A stretch of DNA of 64,000 nt from a virus. The stretch lies in IMG/VR virus record IMGVR_UViG_3300035145_002419, positions 1 through 64,000 of that record; one strand, 5' to 3'. A program made the position numbers and the translations under genes. The notes beneath the pieces are model-generated. The model did not search any database and had not been told where the DNA came from. It worked only from the letters and a program-made list of their open reading frames with translations. Of this stretch, positions 45,985 through 56,786 are shown piece after piece. Numbering within the stretch: position 1 is the stretch's first letter; each line of letters begins with the position of its first letter.

Positions 45985-46421
45985 AAATGACAAAGAAATT
46001 TGACGATCTAAATGAAACATTTAATGTATCTAACGATATAATTACTCCGGAAGTTGAACCGGCACCAGTCAAGAAGATTGAAGAAAAGAAATCTTCTACA
46101 GATATAACTAAAGATTATGAGTATACTAGAGGCAATCTATATTCACTTATAGAAAAAGGTCAAGAGGCAATTAATGGTATTCTTGAACTTGCACAAGAAA
46201 CAGAACAAGCAAGAGCATATGAAGTTGCTGGTCAGTTGATAAAAAGTGTTGCAGATGCAACTGACAAATTAATGGAACTTCAAAAGAGACTTAAAGAAGT
46301 GGAAGAAGAAAAACAAACAAAAGGTCCGTCTACAGTTAATAACGCTTTGTTTGTGGGATCTACTGCTGATTTGGCAAAACTACTGAAGAAAGGATTGCCA
46401 AATGAAGAGCAAAAAGGCTAA
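45981..46421 (+). CDS. gp16: terminase small subunit gp16
   Basis: DYEYTRGNLY, ARAYEVAGQLIK, NNALFVGSTADL. Confidence 0.92.
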   Translation: MKMTKKFDDLNETFNVSNDIITPEVEPAPVKKIEEKKSSTDITKDYEYTRGNLYSLIEKGQEAINGILELAQETEQARAYEVAGQLIKSVADATDKLMELQKRLKEVEEEKQTKGPSTVNNALFVGSTADLAKLLKKGLPNEEQKG

Positions 46422-46445
46422 ATAATAAGAGAACTATCTCATTTA

Positions 46446-47813
46446 ATGACAAAGCATAAGTGCCCGTCAGGTGAATATTATTGCTACACTGATAAAAAGT
46501 GTAAACCAATCCCCAAGGGATTTAAGATGGTGGGCCCTGCTGGATACTTAAGAAAAGAAAATGGTCATTCTGTGGAAGATGAAGCAGAAACCAAAAAGAA
46601 TGGTAATGGTAGCAATGGAAATGGTAATGGCAATGGTGGAGGTTCTGTAAGTGAAGCTAACAAAAGTGGCGATAGTTCTTTGCGTGACTGGTTTGGTAAG
46701 AGTAAGTCTAGTGATGGCAAGCCTGGTTGGGTTCAACTGGGTGGCAAATATGCAGGAAAACCCTGCGCAAAACAACCAGGACAAACCACAAAACCCAAGT
46801 GTGGTTCTAGCAAAATGAAGCGTAACCTCTCCAAAGATGAGGAGGAAGCAGCATTTCGCCGCAAGAATCGTAAAGACCCAAATCCAGATAGAAAAGGGAA
46901 AGCAATTAACGTGAAGACTGAAGAAACCGTAATTGAAGCTAAAGGCGAAAAAGATGCCTGTTACCATAAGGTCAAGTCACGTTATTCAGTTTGGCCAAGT
47001 GCATATGCGTCAGGAGCACTGGTCAAATGCCGCAAAGTCGGTGCTAAGAATTGGGGAAATAAATCCAAGAAGAACGAAGAATTTACTCCAATCCAGATTG
47101 CAGCACTTGAGTCTATTGATGCCGTTGAGGTAAATGAGGCAGGACAAAAGTGTTGGAAAGGATATGAAAAGAAAGGAACCAAAAAGATGTTTGGTAAAAC
47201 GTATAATAACTGTGTCAAGAAGGAAGACATCGAACTCACAGATGTTTATGGAGATACCTTCGCAGTTATTAAAGACGTTATAAAACCAGAACCACTTCAA
47301 CCATCAACAAGTAATATAGATTATGAAACATATGATATTGAAGCAATGGTTGAGGCAACTCGCATTCCAGCAAAAACTGGAAATATTGTTAAGGTTTTTC
47401 TTTCTTGGAGAGGAAAGTTCTATTCTATTCAAATGTTCTTCCCTTCAGTAAAAGTACCTGGTAGATCTGAGATTCAAGATCAGATCAATAAGGTATATCC
47501 TGGCGCAAAAGTTCAAAATTACGCAGTAACGGACTATGAACCGGGAAACCCACTCCTCCAAACAGAAGGAGCAGCATGGACAAAAAAAGAAGGAAAGTCT
47601 AAATCAGGTGGACTCAATGAAAAAGGCAGAAAGTCTTACGAAAGAGAAAATCCAGGATCTGACCTCAAAGCACCTAGCAAGAAGGTTGGAAATCCCCGTA
47701 GGGCATCTTTCTGCGCTCGAATGAAAGGAATGAAGAAAAAATTGACTTCCAAAAAAACTGCTAATGATCCAGATAGCAGAATCAATAAGTCATTAAGAGC
47801 TTGGAATTGCTGA
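46446..47813 (+). CDS. modular basic hypothetical protein (possible head-internal polyprotein)
   Basis: 455 aa, Lys-rich Cys-containing modules, NG low-complexity linker; CTAAATA box at 46418. Confidence 0.75.
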   Translation: MTKHKCPSGEYYCYTDKKCKPIPKGFKMVGPAGYLRKENGHSVEDEAETKKNGNGSNGNGNGNGGGSVSEANKSGDSSLRDWFGKSKSSDGKPGWVQLGGKYAGKPCAKQPGQTTKPKCGSSKMKRNLSKDEEEAAFRRKNRKDPNPDRKGKAINVKTEETVIEAKGEKDACYHKVKSRYSVWPSAYASGALVKCRKVGAKNWGNKSKKNEEFTPIQIAALESIDAVEVNEAGQKCWKGYEKKGTKKMFGKTYNNCVKKEDIELTDVYGDTFAVIKDVIKPEPLQPSTSNIDYETYDIEAMVEATRIPAKTGNIVKVFLSWRGKFYSIQMFFPSVKVPGRSEIQDQINKVYPGAKVQNYAVTDYEPGNPLLQTEGAAWTKKEGKSKSGGLNEKGRKSYERENPGSDLKAPSKKVGNPRRASFCARMKGMKKKLTSKKTANDPDSRINKSLRAWNC

Positions 47814-47819
47814 TAAAAT

Positions 47820-49475
47820 ATGTCTGATCATGGAATATATCTTGGTAATCCCAATTTAAAAAAGGCGAATACTGCGATTGAATTTACAGAAGAACAGGTT
47901 ATAGAATTCCTTAAATGTAAGGAAGATCCTGTTTACTTTGCAAATAATTATATTAAAATTGTTTCTCTGGATGAAGGTCTAACACAATTTCACCCATATC
48001 ATTTTCAGGAAAAGTTAATTAACAACTTCCATGAAAACAGATTCAATATTTGTAAGATGCCTCGTCAGACTGGTAAGTCTACGACTGTGGTATCTTATCT
48101 TCTTCACTACGCAGTCTTTAACGATAGTGTTAATATTGGTATCCTTGCTAACAAGGCAGCCACCGCAAGGGAACTGCTAGGAAGATTACAGACTGCATAC
48201 GAAAATTTGCCAAAATGGATGCAACAGGGTATTATATCCTGGAACAAAGGATCCCTGGAATTAGAAAATGGCAGTAAAATTTTGGCAGCGTCTACGTCTG
48301 CAAGTGCTGTCCGAGGTATGTCGTTCAACATCCTCTTTCTCGACGAGTTCGCGTTCGTCCCAAATCATGTTGCTGACTCGTTCTTTGCCTCTGTTTATCC
48401 TACTATTACTTCTGGTAAAAACACCAAAGTAATTATTGTATCTACCCCACATGGTATGAATCATTTCTACCGTATGTGGCATGATGCGGAAAGAAATAAA
48501 AATGAATATGTTCCTACAGATGTTCACTGGTCAGAAGTTCCTGGAAGAGACTCAAAGTGGAAAGAAACAACCATTGCAAATACATCGGAACAGCAGTTCA
48601 AGGTTGAGTTTGAATGTGAGTTCTTAGGATCTGTTGATACTTTAATAGCACCATCAAAATTAAAAACGATGGTATATGACAACCCAATGACAAGAAATGC
48701 TGGGTTGGACATGTATGAGGATGTCATCGATAAACATGACTATGTAATGACTGTTGATGTAGCAAGAGGAGTTGGGGAAGATTATTCTGCTTTTGTTGTT
48801 GTCGATATAACTACTTTTCCTCATAGAGTTGTTGCAAAATATAGGAATAATGATATCAAACCAATGTTGTTCCCAAATATCATATATGAAGTTGCAAAAA
48901 ATTATAATAGTGCCTTTATATTATGCGAAGTAAATGATATTGGCGATCAAGTAGCAAGTATATTGCAATATGATCTTGAATATCAGAATCTTTTAATGTG
49001 TTCTATGAGAGGTAGAGCAGGTCAAATTGTAGGTCAAGGATTTTCTGGTAAAAAGACGCAACTTGGGGTTAAGATGTCCAAGACTGTCAAGAAAGTTGGA
49101 TCTCTAAACCTCAAGACTTTAATTGAGGAAGACAAACTTATCTTCAATGACTATGAGATTATTTCAGAACTAACAACGTTTATTTCAAAGCATAACTCAT
49201 TTGAGGCAGAGGAAGGTTGTAATGATGACTTAGCAATGTGCCTTGTGATCTATGCTTGGTTAGTCCAGATGGACTATTTTAAAGAATTGACTGATCAGGA
49301 TGTTCGTAAAAGATTATATGAAGAACAAAAAAATCAAATAGAACAAGATATGGCACCATTCGGATTTATGGATGATGGATTAGGATCTGATAGTTTTGTG
49401 GATGGTGATGGTGATAGGTGGTTTAATGCAGATGAATATGGTGATAAGTCTTATATGTGGGAGTACCTATCTTAA
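47820..49475 (+). CDS. gp17: terminase large subunit gp17
   Basis: YLGNPNLK, PRQTGKST Walker A, FLDEFAF Walker B, VDVARG, NDDLAM. Confidence 0.97.
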   Translation: MSDHGIYLGNPNLKKANTAIEFTEEQVIEFLKCKEDPVYFANNYIKIVSLDEGLTQFHPYHFQEKLINNFHENRFNICKMPRQTGKSTTVVSYLLHYAVFNDSVNIGILANKAATARELLGRLQTAYENLPKWMQQGIISWNKGSLELENGSKILAASTSASAVRGMSFNILFLDEFAFVPNHVADSFFASVYPTITSGKNTKVIIVSTPHGMNHFYRMWHDAERNKNEYVPTDVHWSEVPGRDSKWKETTIANTSEQQFKVEFECEFLGSVDTLIAPSKLKTMVYDNPMTRNAGLDMYEDVIDKHDYVMTVDVARGVGEDYSAFVVVDITTFPHRVVAKYRNNDIKPMLFPNIIYEVAKNYNSAFILCEVNDIGDQVASILQYDLEYQNLLMCSMRGRAGQIVGQGFSGKKTQLGVKMSKTVKKVGSLNLKTLIEEDKLIFNDYEIISELTTFISKHNSFEAEEGCNDDLAMCLVIYAWLVQMDYFKELTDQDVRKRLYEEQKNQIEQDMAPFGFMDDGLGSDSFVDGDGDRWFNADEYGDKSYMWEYLS

Positions 49476-49702
49476 TGGAATTAGATGGTCAGATAAAATT
49501 AGGTCATCTTTTACTTACTGACAGAAAGTGTCGTGCATGTGGAGAAACAAAAAATTTGATTGATGGTTTCTATAGAACTAGAAAAGATAGAGGACCTGTA
49601 GCATCTTCATATTCTTATGAGTGTAAGGATTGTACTGTAAAAAGAATTTTAGAATCTAGAAAAAAATCCGTGTCGGATAGGTGGGAATACCCTGATTGGT
49701 AA
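49475..49702 (+). CDS. small zinc-finger protein
   Basis: TAATG overlap; CRAC...CKDC pairs. Confidence 0.7.
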   Translation: MELDGQIKLGHLLLTDRKCRACGETKNLIDGFYRTRKDRGPVASSYSYECKDCTVKRILESRKKSVSDRWEYPDW

Positions 49703-49784
49703 GTTCACGCTAATTTTCCCCTGTGAAAACATAGTTTTTAATAAATATTTTCAGATAAATTACGATTGACACGGAGAACAAAAC

Positions 49785-51965
49785 ATGGCGACTCCTCAAT
49801 TATCGCCTGGGGTATTAACCAGGGAAGTTGACCTTACAGTAGGAAGAGCTGATAATGTATTAGATAATATTGGTGCCATTGCTGGACCATTTGAACTTGG
49901 ACCTGTTGAAGAAGCAGTAGACATTCAGACTGAGCAACAACTTATCAATACATTTGGTAAACCAATTGGAACAGACGCTCAGTATGAATACTGGATGTCT
50001 GCATCTTCATTCCTTTCATATGGCGGTGTTCTGAAGGTTGCCAGAGTTGATGGAGCGACACTCAACAATGCAAACGCAGCACCTGGATATGCTTCCACGA
50101 CTGGACTAAAAATTAAAAACTACGATGATTATGGTACTAATCATTCTGGCGAAGCAGTAGAATATGTTTATGGCGCAAAGAATCCAGGATCCTGGGCAAA
50201 TGGATTAAAGATCTGCACAATTGATGACTTTGCAGACCAGACAATTGGCATTAATACTACAGACCTTGCAGCTGCTGGTGCTGTTGTTGGATATGGCGTT
50301 ACAACCACCATTAATGGAATTCTTCCTGGAGCAGGAACCACTGAGGTATTCAATGGGTATGTAAAAGGAATTATTACTGGTGTTACTACTTCTACAAGTG
50401 GAGCAAGCACAGTTGATGTTAAGGTTGTTTCAAGAGTTTCTGCAGCAGGAACTGAGACTAAGATTGCCTACGGTCAAGGTAACGCACTGAACTCATTTGA
50501 GACCGCAGATACTTTATTCTTTGTCAATAATTCTGGAACTAATGTTGGCGAGGAAACAGCAGGAAGTGCTGTTGACTGGTACGATCAACAAACTCTTGGA
50601 TTAACGAATTCCACAGTATATTGGAAAACTATTGCACCAAAACCAGTAACTAATCAGTATTCTGCCGTAAGAAACGGATATGGTGATGGTCTTCATGTTG
50701 CCGTTGTTGATGATACTGGAAGTGTAACGGGTATTCAAGGTAATATTCTTGAAAAGCATACTGGACTTTCCAAGGCTGTAGATTCTATTTCTTCTGTAAA
50801 TTCACCTCAGAAAATCTGGTATAAGAACTATCTGAGAGATTTCTCTGAAAATGTTTACGCTGGGTATAATCCATCGCAAGCGGTTGATGCATATCATGGA
50901 ACTGTGCCTGTAGCTACTGGATTCTCTTCAGGATATACACCATTCACGACTGGACAAGGTGTATGGGGGCAAGATGCACAAGGAGTAACCTTTAGTGCTA
51001 TTGGAAACAAAACTTATACACTTGCTGGTGGTGTTGATTATTCCGCTGCTGGTGGAATGAAAGCGGAGTTAGGTGACGTTGTAAATGGTTATGAGTTATT
51101 CTCAAATGAGGATGAAGTTGCAGTTGATTTCCTTATCAACGGTCCAAGTTGTCTGAATGAAGCAGATTCCCAAGCAAAAGCAAATAAATTGATTTCTATC
51201 GCTGCAGATAGAAAGGATTGCATGGCGGTCATTTCTCCACATAGAGGGGGAGTTGTAGATGTTCCAAATGCAGCAACACAAACCTCAAATATTATTAGAT
51301 TCTTCAGTGCTTTAACCTCTTCCTCATACGCTGTATTTGATAGTGGTTACAAGTATACTTATGACAGATTTAATAATACCTTTAGGTATGTTGCAACTAA
51401 TGCTGATGTTGCTGGATTAATGACTAGAACTGGTCTTAATGCCTTCCCTTGGTTCTCACCCGCAGGACAACAAAGAGGAACACTTAACAATGCTGTTAAG
51501 TTAGCATATAATCCAAATAAGACCCAAAGAGATCTTCTTTACACTGCAAGAATTAATCCTATTATTAATCAACCTGGTGGTGGTGTCATCTTATTTGGTG
51601 ATAAGACCGCACTTTCATATCAATCTGCATTTGATAGAATTAACGTTCGCCGTTTGTTCTTGACTGTTGAACAGTCACTTAAGAGTTCTGCTAATGCTCA
51701 ACTCTTTGAACTTAACGATCAAGCAACGAGATCAAACTTTAGAAATATTGTTGATCCATATTTACGTGATATTCGTGCAAAGAGAGGTATTGTTGACTTC
51801 TTAGTTATTTGTGATGAAACAAATAACACTCCTGACGTTGTTGATAATAATGAATTTAGAGCTGATATTTTCCTGAAACCAACCAAGTCAATTAATTATG
51901 TAACACTAACTTTCGTAGCTACGAGAACTGGTGTAAGTTTTGAAGAAGTGGCTGGTAGAGCTTGA
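49785..51965 (+). CDS. gp18: tail sheath protein gp18
   Basis: LSPGVLTREVDLT, PWFSPAG, FDRINVRRLF. Confidence 0.96.
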   Translation: MATPQLSPGVLTREVDLTVGRADNVLDNIGAIAGPFELGPVEEAVDIQTEQQLINTFGKPIGTDAQYEYWMSASSFLSYGGVLKVARVDGATLNNANAAPGYASTTGLKIKNYDDYGTNHSGEAVEYVYGAKNPGSWANGLKICTIDDFADQTIGINTTDLAAAGAVVGYGVTTTINGILPGAGTTEVFNGYVKGIITGVTTSTSGASTVDVKVVSRVSAAGTETKIAYGQGNALNSFETADTLFFVNNSGTNVGEETAGSAVDWYDQQTLGLTNSTVYWKTIAPKPVTNQYSAVRNGYGDGLHVAVVDDTGSVTGIQGNILEKHTGLSKAVDSISSVNSPQKIWYKNYLRDFSENVYAGYNPSQAVDAYHGTVPVATGFSSGYTPFTTGQGVWGQDAQGVTFSAIGNKTYTLAGGVDYSAAGGMKAELGDVVNGYELFSNEDEVAVDFLINGPSCLNEADSQAKANKLISIAADRKDCMAVISPHRGGVVDVPNAATQTSNIIRFFSALTSSSYAVFDSGYKYTYDRFNNTFRYVATNADVAGLMTRTGLNAFPWFSPAGQQRGTLNNAVKLAYNPNKTQRDLLYTARINPIINQPGGGVILFGDKTALSYQSAFDRINVRRLFLTVEQSLKSSANAQLFELNDQATRSNFRNIVDPYLRDIRAKRGIVDFLVICDETNNTPDVVDNNEFRADIFLKPTKSINYVTLTFVATRTGVSFEEVAGRA

Positions 51966-52003
51966 TTTTAAATCGTAAATTACTTACCTAGGAGAAAAAA
52001 ACA

Positions 52004-52642
52004 ATGTCAACACTCAGAACGATTACCGCATTTAAGTCAAAACTGGCAGGAGGGGGCGCACGCCCCAATCTGTTTGAAGTTGAAATTCCCGCATTTCCAG
52101 CTGCTGTCAAAGAAGGTACTTGGGATCCCACCACTGCTAATGGTCAGGGTGATATGTTCCGTTTCATGTGTAAAGGAGCACAACTTCCTGCCTCTAATAT
52201 TGCAGAAATTCCTGTTCCTTTTAGAGGACGTATTTTAAAGGTTGCTGGAGACAGAACCTTTGATACATGGACCGTTACTATCATCAATGATGAAAGTTTC
52301 ATACTGAGAAATGCATTTGAATCATGGATGAATGCAATTAGTAGAACCGATACTAATACTGGTGCTACTAACCCAAGTTCTTACATGACTAATGCCCTGG
52401 TTCATCAACTTGGAAGAGGTTACTCAAAAGGAGCATTTTCAATAGCTGCTTCTGATTCGGGAGATAATACTTCAGTAACTCCACTGAAATCTTACACATT
52501 CTTTGATATTTTCCCAACTGAAGTAAGTGCAATTGAACTTTCTTACGATAACAGTGATGTTATTGAAGAATTTACGGTTACTTTCCAAGTCCAATATTGG
52601 GCACCTGGAGTACTTACCGACGAAGGGGAAGATGACGATTAA
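52004..52642 (+). CDS. gp19: tail tube protein gp19
   Basis: GGARPNLFEV, VAGDRTFDTWTVT, IEEFTVTF. Confidence 0.95.
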   Translation: MSTLRTITAFKSKLAGGGARPNLFEVEIPAFPAAVKEGTWDPTTANGQGDMFRFMCKGAQLPASNIAEIPVPFRGRILKVAGDRTFDTWTVTIINDESFILRNAFESWMNAISRTDTNTGATNPSSYMTNALVHQLGRGYSKGAFSIAASDSGDNTSVTPLKSYTFFDIFPTEVSAIELSYDNSDVIEEFTVTFQVQYWAPGVLTDEGEDDD

Positions 52643-52687
52643 TATCTTTGATAAATACTAGAAAGGAAATTTCTAGTAAAATAAATC

Positions 52688-54349
52688 ATGGCAAATTTGT
52701 TTGGGTTCTCTATAGAGGACAACGAACCAGTATCGCCCACTACAGTGTCCCCCGTTCCTCCTTCAAACGAGGACGGGGTTGACCATTATTTAAGTAGTGG
52801 GTTTTTTGGTTCTTATGTTGATATTGAAGGTGTATATCGTACAGAATTTGACCTTATTAAAAGATATCGTGAGATGGCACTTCATCCAGAGTGTGATAGT
52901 GCAATTGAAGATATTGTAAATGAAGCTATTGTTTCCGATACTAATGATAGTCCTGTAGAAATTGAACTATCAAACTTGAATGCCAGCGATGGCATTAAGA
53001 AAAAAATTAGAGATGAGTTTAAATATATTCTAGAACTTTTAGATTTTGATCGTAAATCACACGAAATTTATAGAAATTGGTATATTGATGGAAGACTTTA
53101 TTATCATAAAGTAATTGATATGAAGAACCCTACTGAGGGTATTCAAGAATTGCGTTATATTGATGCAATGAAAATGCGTTATGTTCGTAAGCAGAAGAAG
53201 AGTAAAGAAGACATCTACCGCTTAGGGAATGTAGCAAAAGATAATCCAATGGAATACGAGTTTCCACAACTCGAAGAGTATTTCATTTACAATCCAAAAA
53301 CTTCTTATCCAACAACAAACCCAGCGACAATGGGTGGTCATGGTGGAATTAAGATGACCAAAGATGCAATCACATATTGTACTTCTGGTCTTGTAGATAG
53401 AAATAAAGGATCAACTCTTTCATACCTTCATAAGGCAATTAAATCTCTCAATCAACTTAGAATGATTGAAGATTCTCTGGTAATTTATAGACTTTCAAGA
53501 GCACCAGAACGTCGTATTTTCTATATTGATGTTGGCAATCTTCCTAAAGTAAAAGCAGAGCAATATTTACGTGACGTAATGATGCGTTATAGAAATAAAC
53601 TTGTATATGATGCAAACACAGGAGAAATTCGTGATGACAAAAAGTATATGTCTATGCTTGAAGACTTCTGGTTGCCTAGAAGGGAAGGAGGTCGTGGAAC
53701 TGAAATTTCTACTCTTCCTGGAGGTCAAAACCTCGGAGAGATTACAGATATTGAATACTTTAAGAAAAAACTTTACCGGTCCCTTAATGTTCCGTCGAGT
53801 CGTATGGACGGGGAAGGAGGATTCAATCTGGGTAGATCCTCTGAGATTCTTAGAGATGAAGTAAAGTTCAGCAAATTTGTTGCACGTTTGAGAAAGCGTT
53901 TCTCATATATGTTTAATGATATGTTGAAAACGCAGTTAATTCTTAAAAATATTATTACTCCAGAAGACTGGAATAGTATGGAAGAGCATATTCAGTATGA
54001 CTTCCTTTATGATAATCACTTTGCAGAATTAAAAGATACTGAATTATTAACGGAAAGATTGACAATGGTTCAAACTGCAGAACCATATGTTGGAAAGTAT
54101 TTCTCACAAGATTACTTGAGAAGAAATATTCTACGTCAAACTGACCAAGAAATTATTGAACAAGATAAACTTATTAAGAAAGAAATTGATAGTGGAATCA
54201 TTCCAGATCCAGCAACTATTGATCCTGAAACTGGAATGCCTTTCCAAGATCCATCTATGGATTTAGGTAAACCAGTAATGGAACCTGAAGTAGATGGTTC
54301 TTCGACCGAAGCACCTGAGATAAAAATACCTAAGGGTGGAGAAATTTAA
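52688..54349 (+). CDS. gp20: portal protein gp20
   Basis: YRLSRAPERRIFYIDVGNLP, EDFWLPRREGGRGTEI. Confidence 0.97.
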   Translation: MANLFGFSIEDNEPVSPTTVSPVPPSNEDGVDHYLSSGFFGSYVDIEGVYRTEFDLIKRYREMALHPECDSAIEDIVNEAIVSDTNDSPVEIELSNLNASDGIKKKIRDEFKYILELLDFDRKSHEIYRNWYIDGRLYYHKVIDMKNPTEGIQELRYIDAMKMRYVRKQKKSKEDIYRLGNVAKDNPMEYEFPQLEEYFIYNPKTSYPTTNPATMGGHGGIKMTKDAITYCTSGLVDRNKGSTLSYLHKAIKSLNQLRMIEDSLVIYRLSRAPERRIFYIDVGNLPKVKAEQYLRDVMMRYRNKLVYDANTGEIRDDKKYMSMLEDFWLPRREGGRGTEISTLPGGQNLGEITDIEYFKKKLYRSLNVPSSRMDGEGGFNLGRSSEILRDEVKFSKFVARLRKRFSYMFNDMLKTQLILKNIITPEDWNSMEEHIQYDFLYDNHFAELKDTELLTERLTMVQTAEPYVGKYFSQDYLRRNILRQTDQEIIEQDKLIKKEIDSGIIPDPATIDPETGMPFQDPSMDLGKPVMEPEVDGSSTEAPEIKIPKGGEI

Positions 54350-54382
54350 TAAATAGTATTACTGTTTACCTTTCAACATAAA

Positions 54383-54550
54383 ATGGATGAAGTTTTGGAT
54401 ATGATTATTGCTGATGAGTCTCCCTCACAGATTAGCGATAAAATTAAGGATATTCTTTATGCAAAATCTGCCGATAAGATTAATGATCACAAACCGGTAG
54501 TAGCAAATTCTATGTTTGATACCGCTGTAGGTACTGAAGAAGAAGGCTAA
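54383..54550 (+). CDS. small acidic protein (gp67-like position, 55 aa)
   Basis: MDEVLDMIIADESPSQISDKIKDILYAK...; late box upstream; between gp20 and gp21. Confidence 0.65.
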   Translation: MDEVLDMIIADESPSQISDKIKDILYAKSADKINDHKPVVANSMFDTAVGTEEEG

Positions 54551-54581
54551 TTATAAATAAAATATACTAACACGTAGAATA

Positions 54582-54851
54582 ATGGCAAGAACATTACTAG
54601 TCGGTGCAGAAATTGCTTGTCCTACTACAGCTGGTGCAGCTACTAGTTTTAGTGAGGCAACTGTGGTTCGTTTAGTGAACACTCATACAAGTGCTCACCT
54701 TGTAACTGTACTTGAAACACAAAGTGGCACTGGTGTAGGATCAATGACTATTCCACCAAATGGTGTTGAATATCTTGAGAAAAAACCATCTCATGTTGTA
54801 TTTGCTGCAAATGCAGGTGTGAAAGGAGCACAAGTAGGATTCACCGGGTAA
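54582..54851 (+). CDS. hypothetical late protein
   Basis: 89 aa, TATAAATA upstream. Confidence 0.75.
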   Translation: MARTLLVGAEIACPTTAGAATSFSEATVVRLVNTHTSAHLVTVLETQSGTGVGSMTIPPNGVEYLEKKPSHVVFAANAGVKGAQVGFTG

Positions 54852-54855
54852 TCAA

Positions 54856-55512
54856 ATGAAACTAATCAGAGAAGAAATCGAATCAGTAAAAGTTATTACT
54901 GAAGCAACCAAATCTGGAGGCAAAAACCTCTTCATCGAAGGTGTTTTCTTGCAAGGAAATATCTGCAACAGAAATGGTCGTATGTATCCAATGGAAACGC
55001 TTCGTCGTGAAGTTGGAAGATATAACGAAAATCATGTTGCAACTGGAAGAGCACTTGGGGAACTGGGTCATCCTGATGGTCCTACTGTCAATCTTGACAG
55101 AGTTTCGCATAAGATTGTCTCTTTAAAAGAATCTGGTTCCAACTTTATTGGAAAAGCAAAGATTCTTGAATCTACCCCAATGGGTAAAATTGCATCATCT
55201 TTATTAAGTGAAGGTGTCAAACTTGGTGTTTCTTCTCGAGGTATTGGTTCATTGAAACCAACCAAAGAAGGTTTCAATGTTGTTGGTGAAGATTTTATGC
55301 TTGCTACAGCAGCAGATATTGTTGCTGATCCATCTGCTCCCGATGCTTTTGTTGAGGGAATCATGGAAGGAAAAGAATGGATCTGGGAAGGAAACATTCT
55401 TCGTGAAAAGAAAGCAGAGGAGATCAAGAATGCTATTGATGTTCTTGCTGGACGTAAAGAACTTGAGGAACATAAGTTAAACTTGTTTAACGACTTCCTT
55501 AATTCACTATAA
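54856..55512 (+). CDS. gp21: prohead protease gp21
   Basis: NRNGRMYP, ALGELGHP, GVSSRGIGS, DIVADPSAP. Confidence 0.95.
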   Translation: MKLIREEIESVKVITEATKSGGKNLFIEGVFLQGNICNRNGRMYPMETLRREVGRYNENHVATGRALGELGHPDGPTVNLDRVSHKIVSLKESGSNFIGKAKILESTPMGKIASSLLSEGVKLGVSSRGIGSLKPTKEGFNVVGEDFMLATAADIVADPSAPDAFVEGIMEGKEWIWEGNILREKKAEEIKNAIDVLAGRKELEEHKLNLFNDFLNSL

Positions 55513-55576
55513 ATTATTGTAATTTCTTAATTTATAAATAAATATAGTTTTAATAAACGGAAAACGGAGAGTTCAA

Positions 55577-56731
55577 ATGTCTCGTGGCAACGATTTACAA
55601 GAAATGGAAGTAGGCACTGCTCAATCCAAAACTGCAGTTAACTCTGGTGCGAAAGCAGCAGATCCTATGCCTAGCGGTCCTAACGGAGCATCTACACCTG
55701 GTCAAGGTTCTGTAGAAGACCTCGGTGGTCCTACCCCCGAAAACTACAAACCTGATGACGATTCTGCAAAACTTAAGACTGATGGTCTTAAGACTGTAAA
55801 AGATATCGTCAACAAGGGAGCGAAACCTGCAGATCCTATGCCTAAGATGGCAAAGGAAGAGGAAGAGTTAGATTCCGAAGAAGTAATTGCAGAGGACGAA
55901 ACTACTGAAGAGGAAGTAGTAGCAGAAGCAGAAACCACCGAAGAAGAAGTGGTTGCTGAAGAAGAAACTACCGAAGAAGAAGTAGTTGCAGAGGCACCCG
56001 AATTCACTGAGATTGATGTCGAAGAAGATGTCAAAGCACTCCTCGGTGAAGAAGAACTTTCCGAAGAGTTCAAAGAAAAGGCAAAGACCATCTTTGAAGC
56101 AGCACTTAAGTCTAAAGTTGCTGATCTCAAAGAAGCACTTGAAGCAAGATATGAATCTGCACTTGCAGAAGAAGTATCTACAATCAAGTCCGCTTTAACT
56201 GAGCGTGTTGATTCATACCTCGAATATGTTTCTGAGGAATGGATCAGCGAAAACAAACTCGCTGTTGAAGCGGGTCTTAAGACTGAAATGACCGAATCGT
56301 TCCTTTCTGGAATGAAGGGTCTTTTTGAAGAACATTATGTACAAATCCCTGAAGACAAATATGATGTGCTTGAGAGCATGGTAGAAAAACTTGATGATAT
56401 GGAGACTAAACTCAACGAGCAAATTGAGAAGAATGTTTCCCTTAACAAGCGTCTCTCTGAGTCGGTTGCTGATGGAATCCTTGATGAAGTTTCTGAAGGA
56501 CTTGCGTCCACCCAGAAAGATAAGCTCGCTTCACTTTCCGAAAGTGTAGAGTTTGAAAGCGAAGAACAATATCGTGAAAAGTTGGAGACTCTGAAGGAAG
56601 CATATTTCACTAAGAAAGCATCTTCAACTGCTAAGACTGAAACCCTTTCTGAGGGTGTAAGCAATGGTCATGAGTCTTACTCACCTTCCATGGCTGCATA
56701 CCTGAGAACCATGGGTTCAATTAGCAAATAA
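55577..56731 (+). CDS. gp22: prohead core scaffold gp22
   Basis: Acidic; LSEEFKEKAKTIFEAA; tandem ETTEEEVVAE repeats; precedes the capsid gene. Confidence 0.92.
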   Translation: MSRGNDLQEMEVGTAQSKTAVNSGAKAADPMPSGPNGASTPGQGSVEDLGGPTPENYKPDDDSAKLKTDGLKTVKDIVNKGAKPADPMPKMAKEEEELDSEEVIAEDETTEEEVVAEAETTEEEVVAEEETTEEEVVAEAPEFTEIDVEEDVKALLGEEELSEEFKEKAKTIFEAALKSKVADLKEALEARYESALAEEVSTIKSALTERVDSYLEYVSEEWISENKLAVEAGLKTEMTESFLSGMKGLFEEHYVQIPEDKYDVLESMVEKLDDMETKLNEQIEKNVSLNKRLSESVADGILDEVSEGLASTQKDKLASLSESVEFESEEQYREKLETLKEAYFTKKASSTAKTETLSEGVSNGHESYSPSMAAYLRTMGSISK

Positions 56732-56786
56732 TTGAATTTAATATAATTCAAACCACAAACCGTACACTAAATTAGGTAAAAAGCAA

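Noticed and set aside
55870-55995. 30-bp tandem repeats in gp22
   Set aside because: They encode the ETTEEEVVAE acidic linker; ordinary for scaffold proteins.
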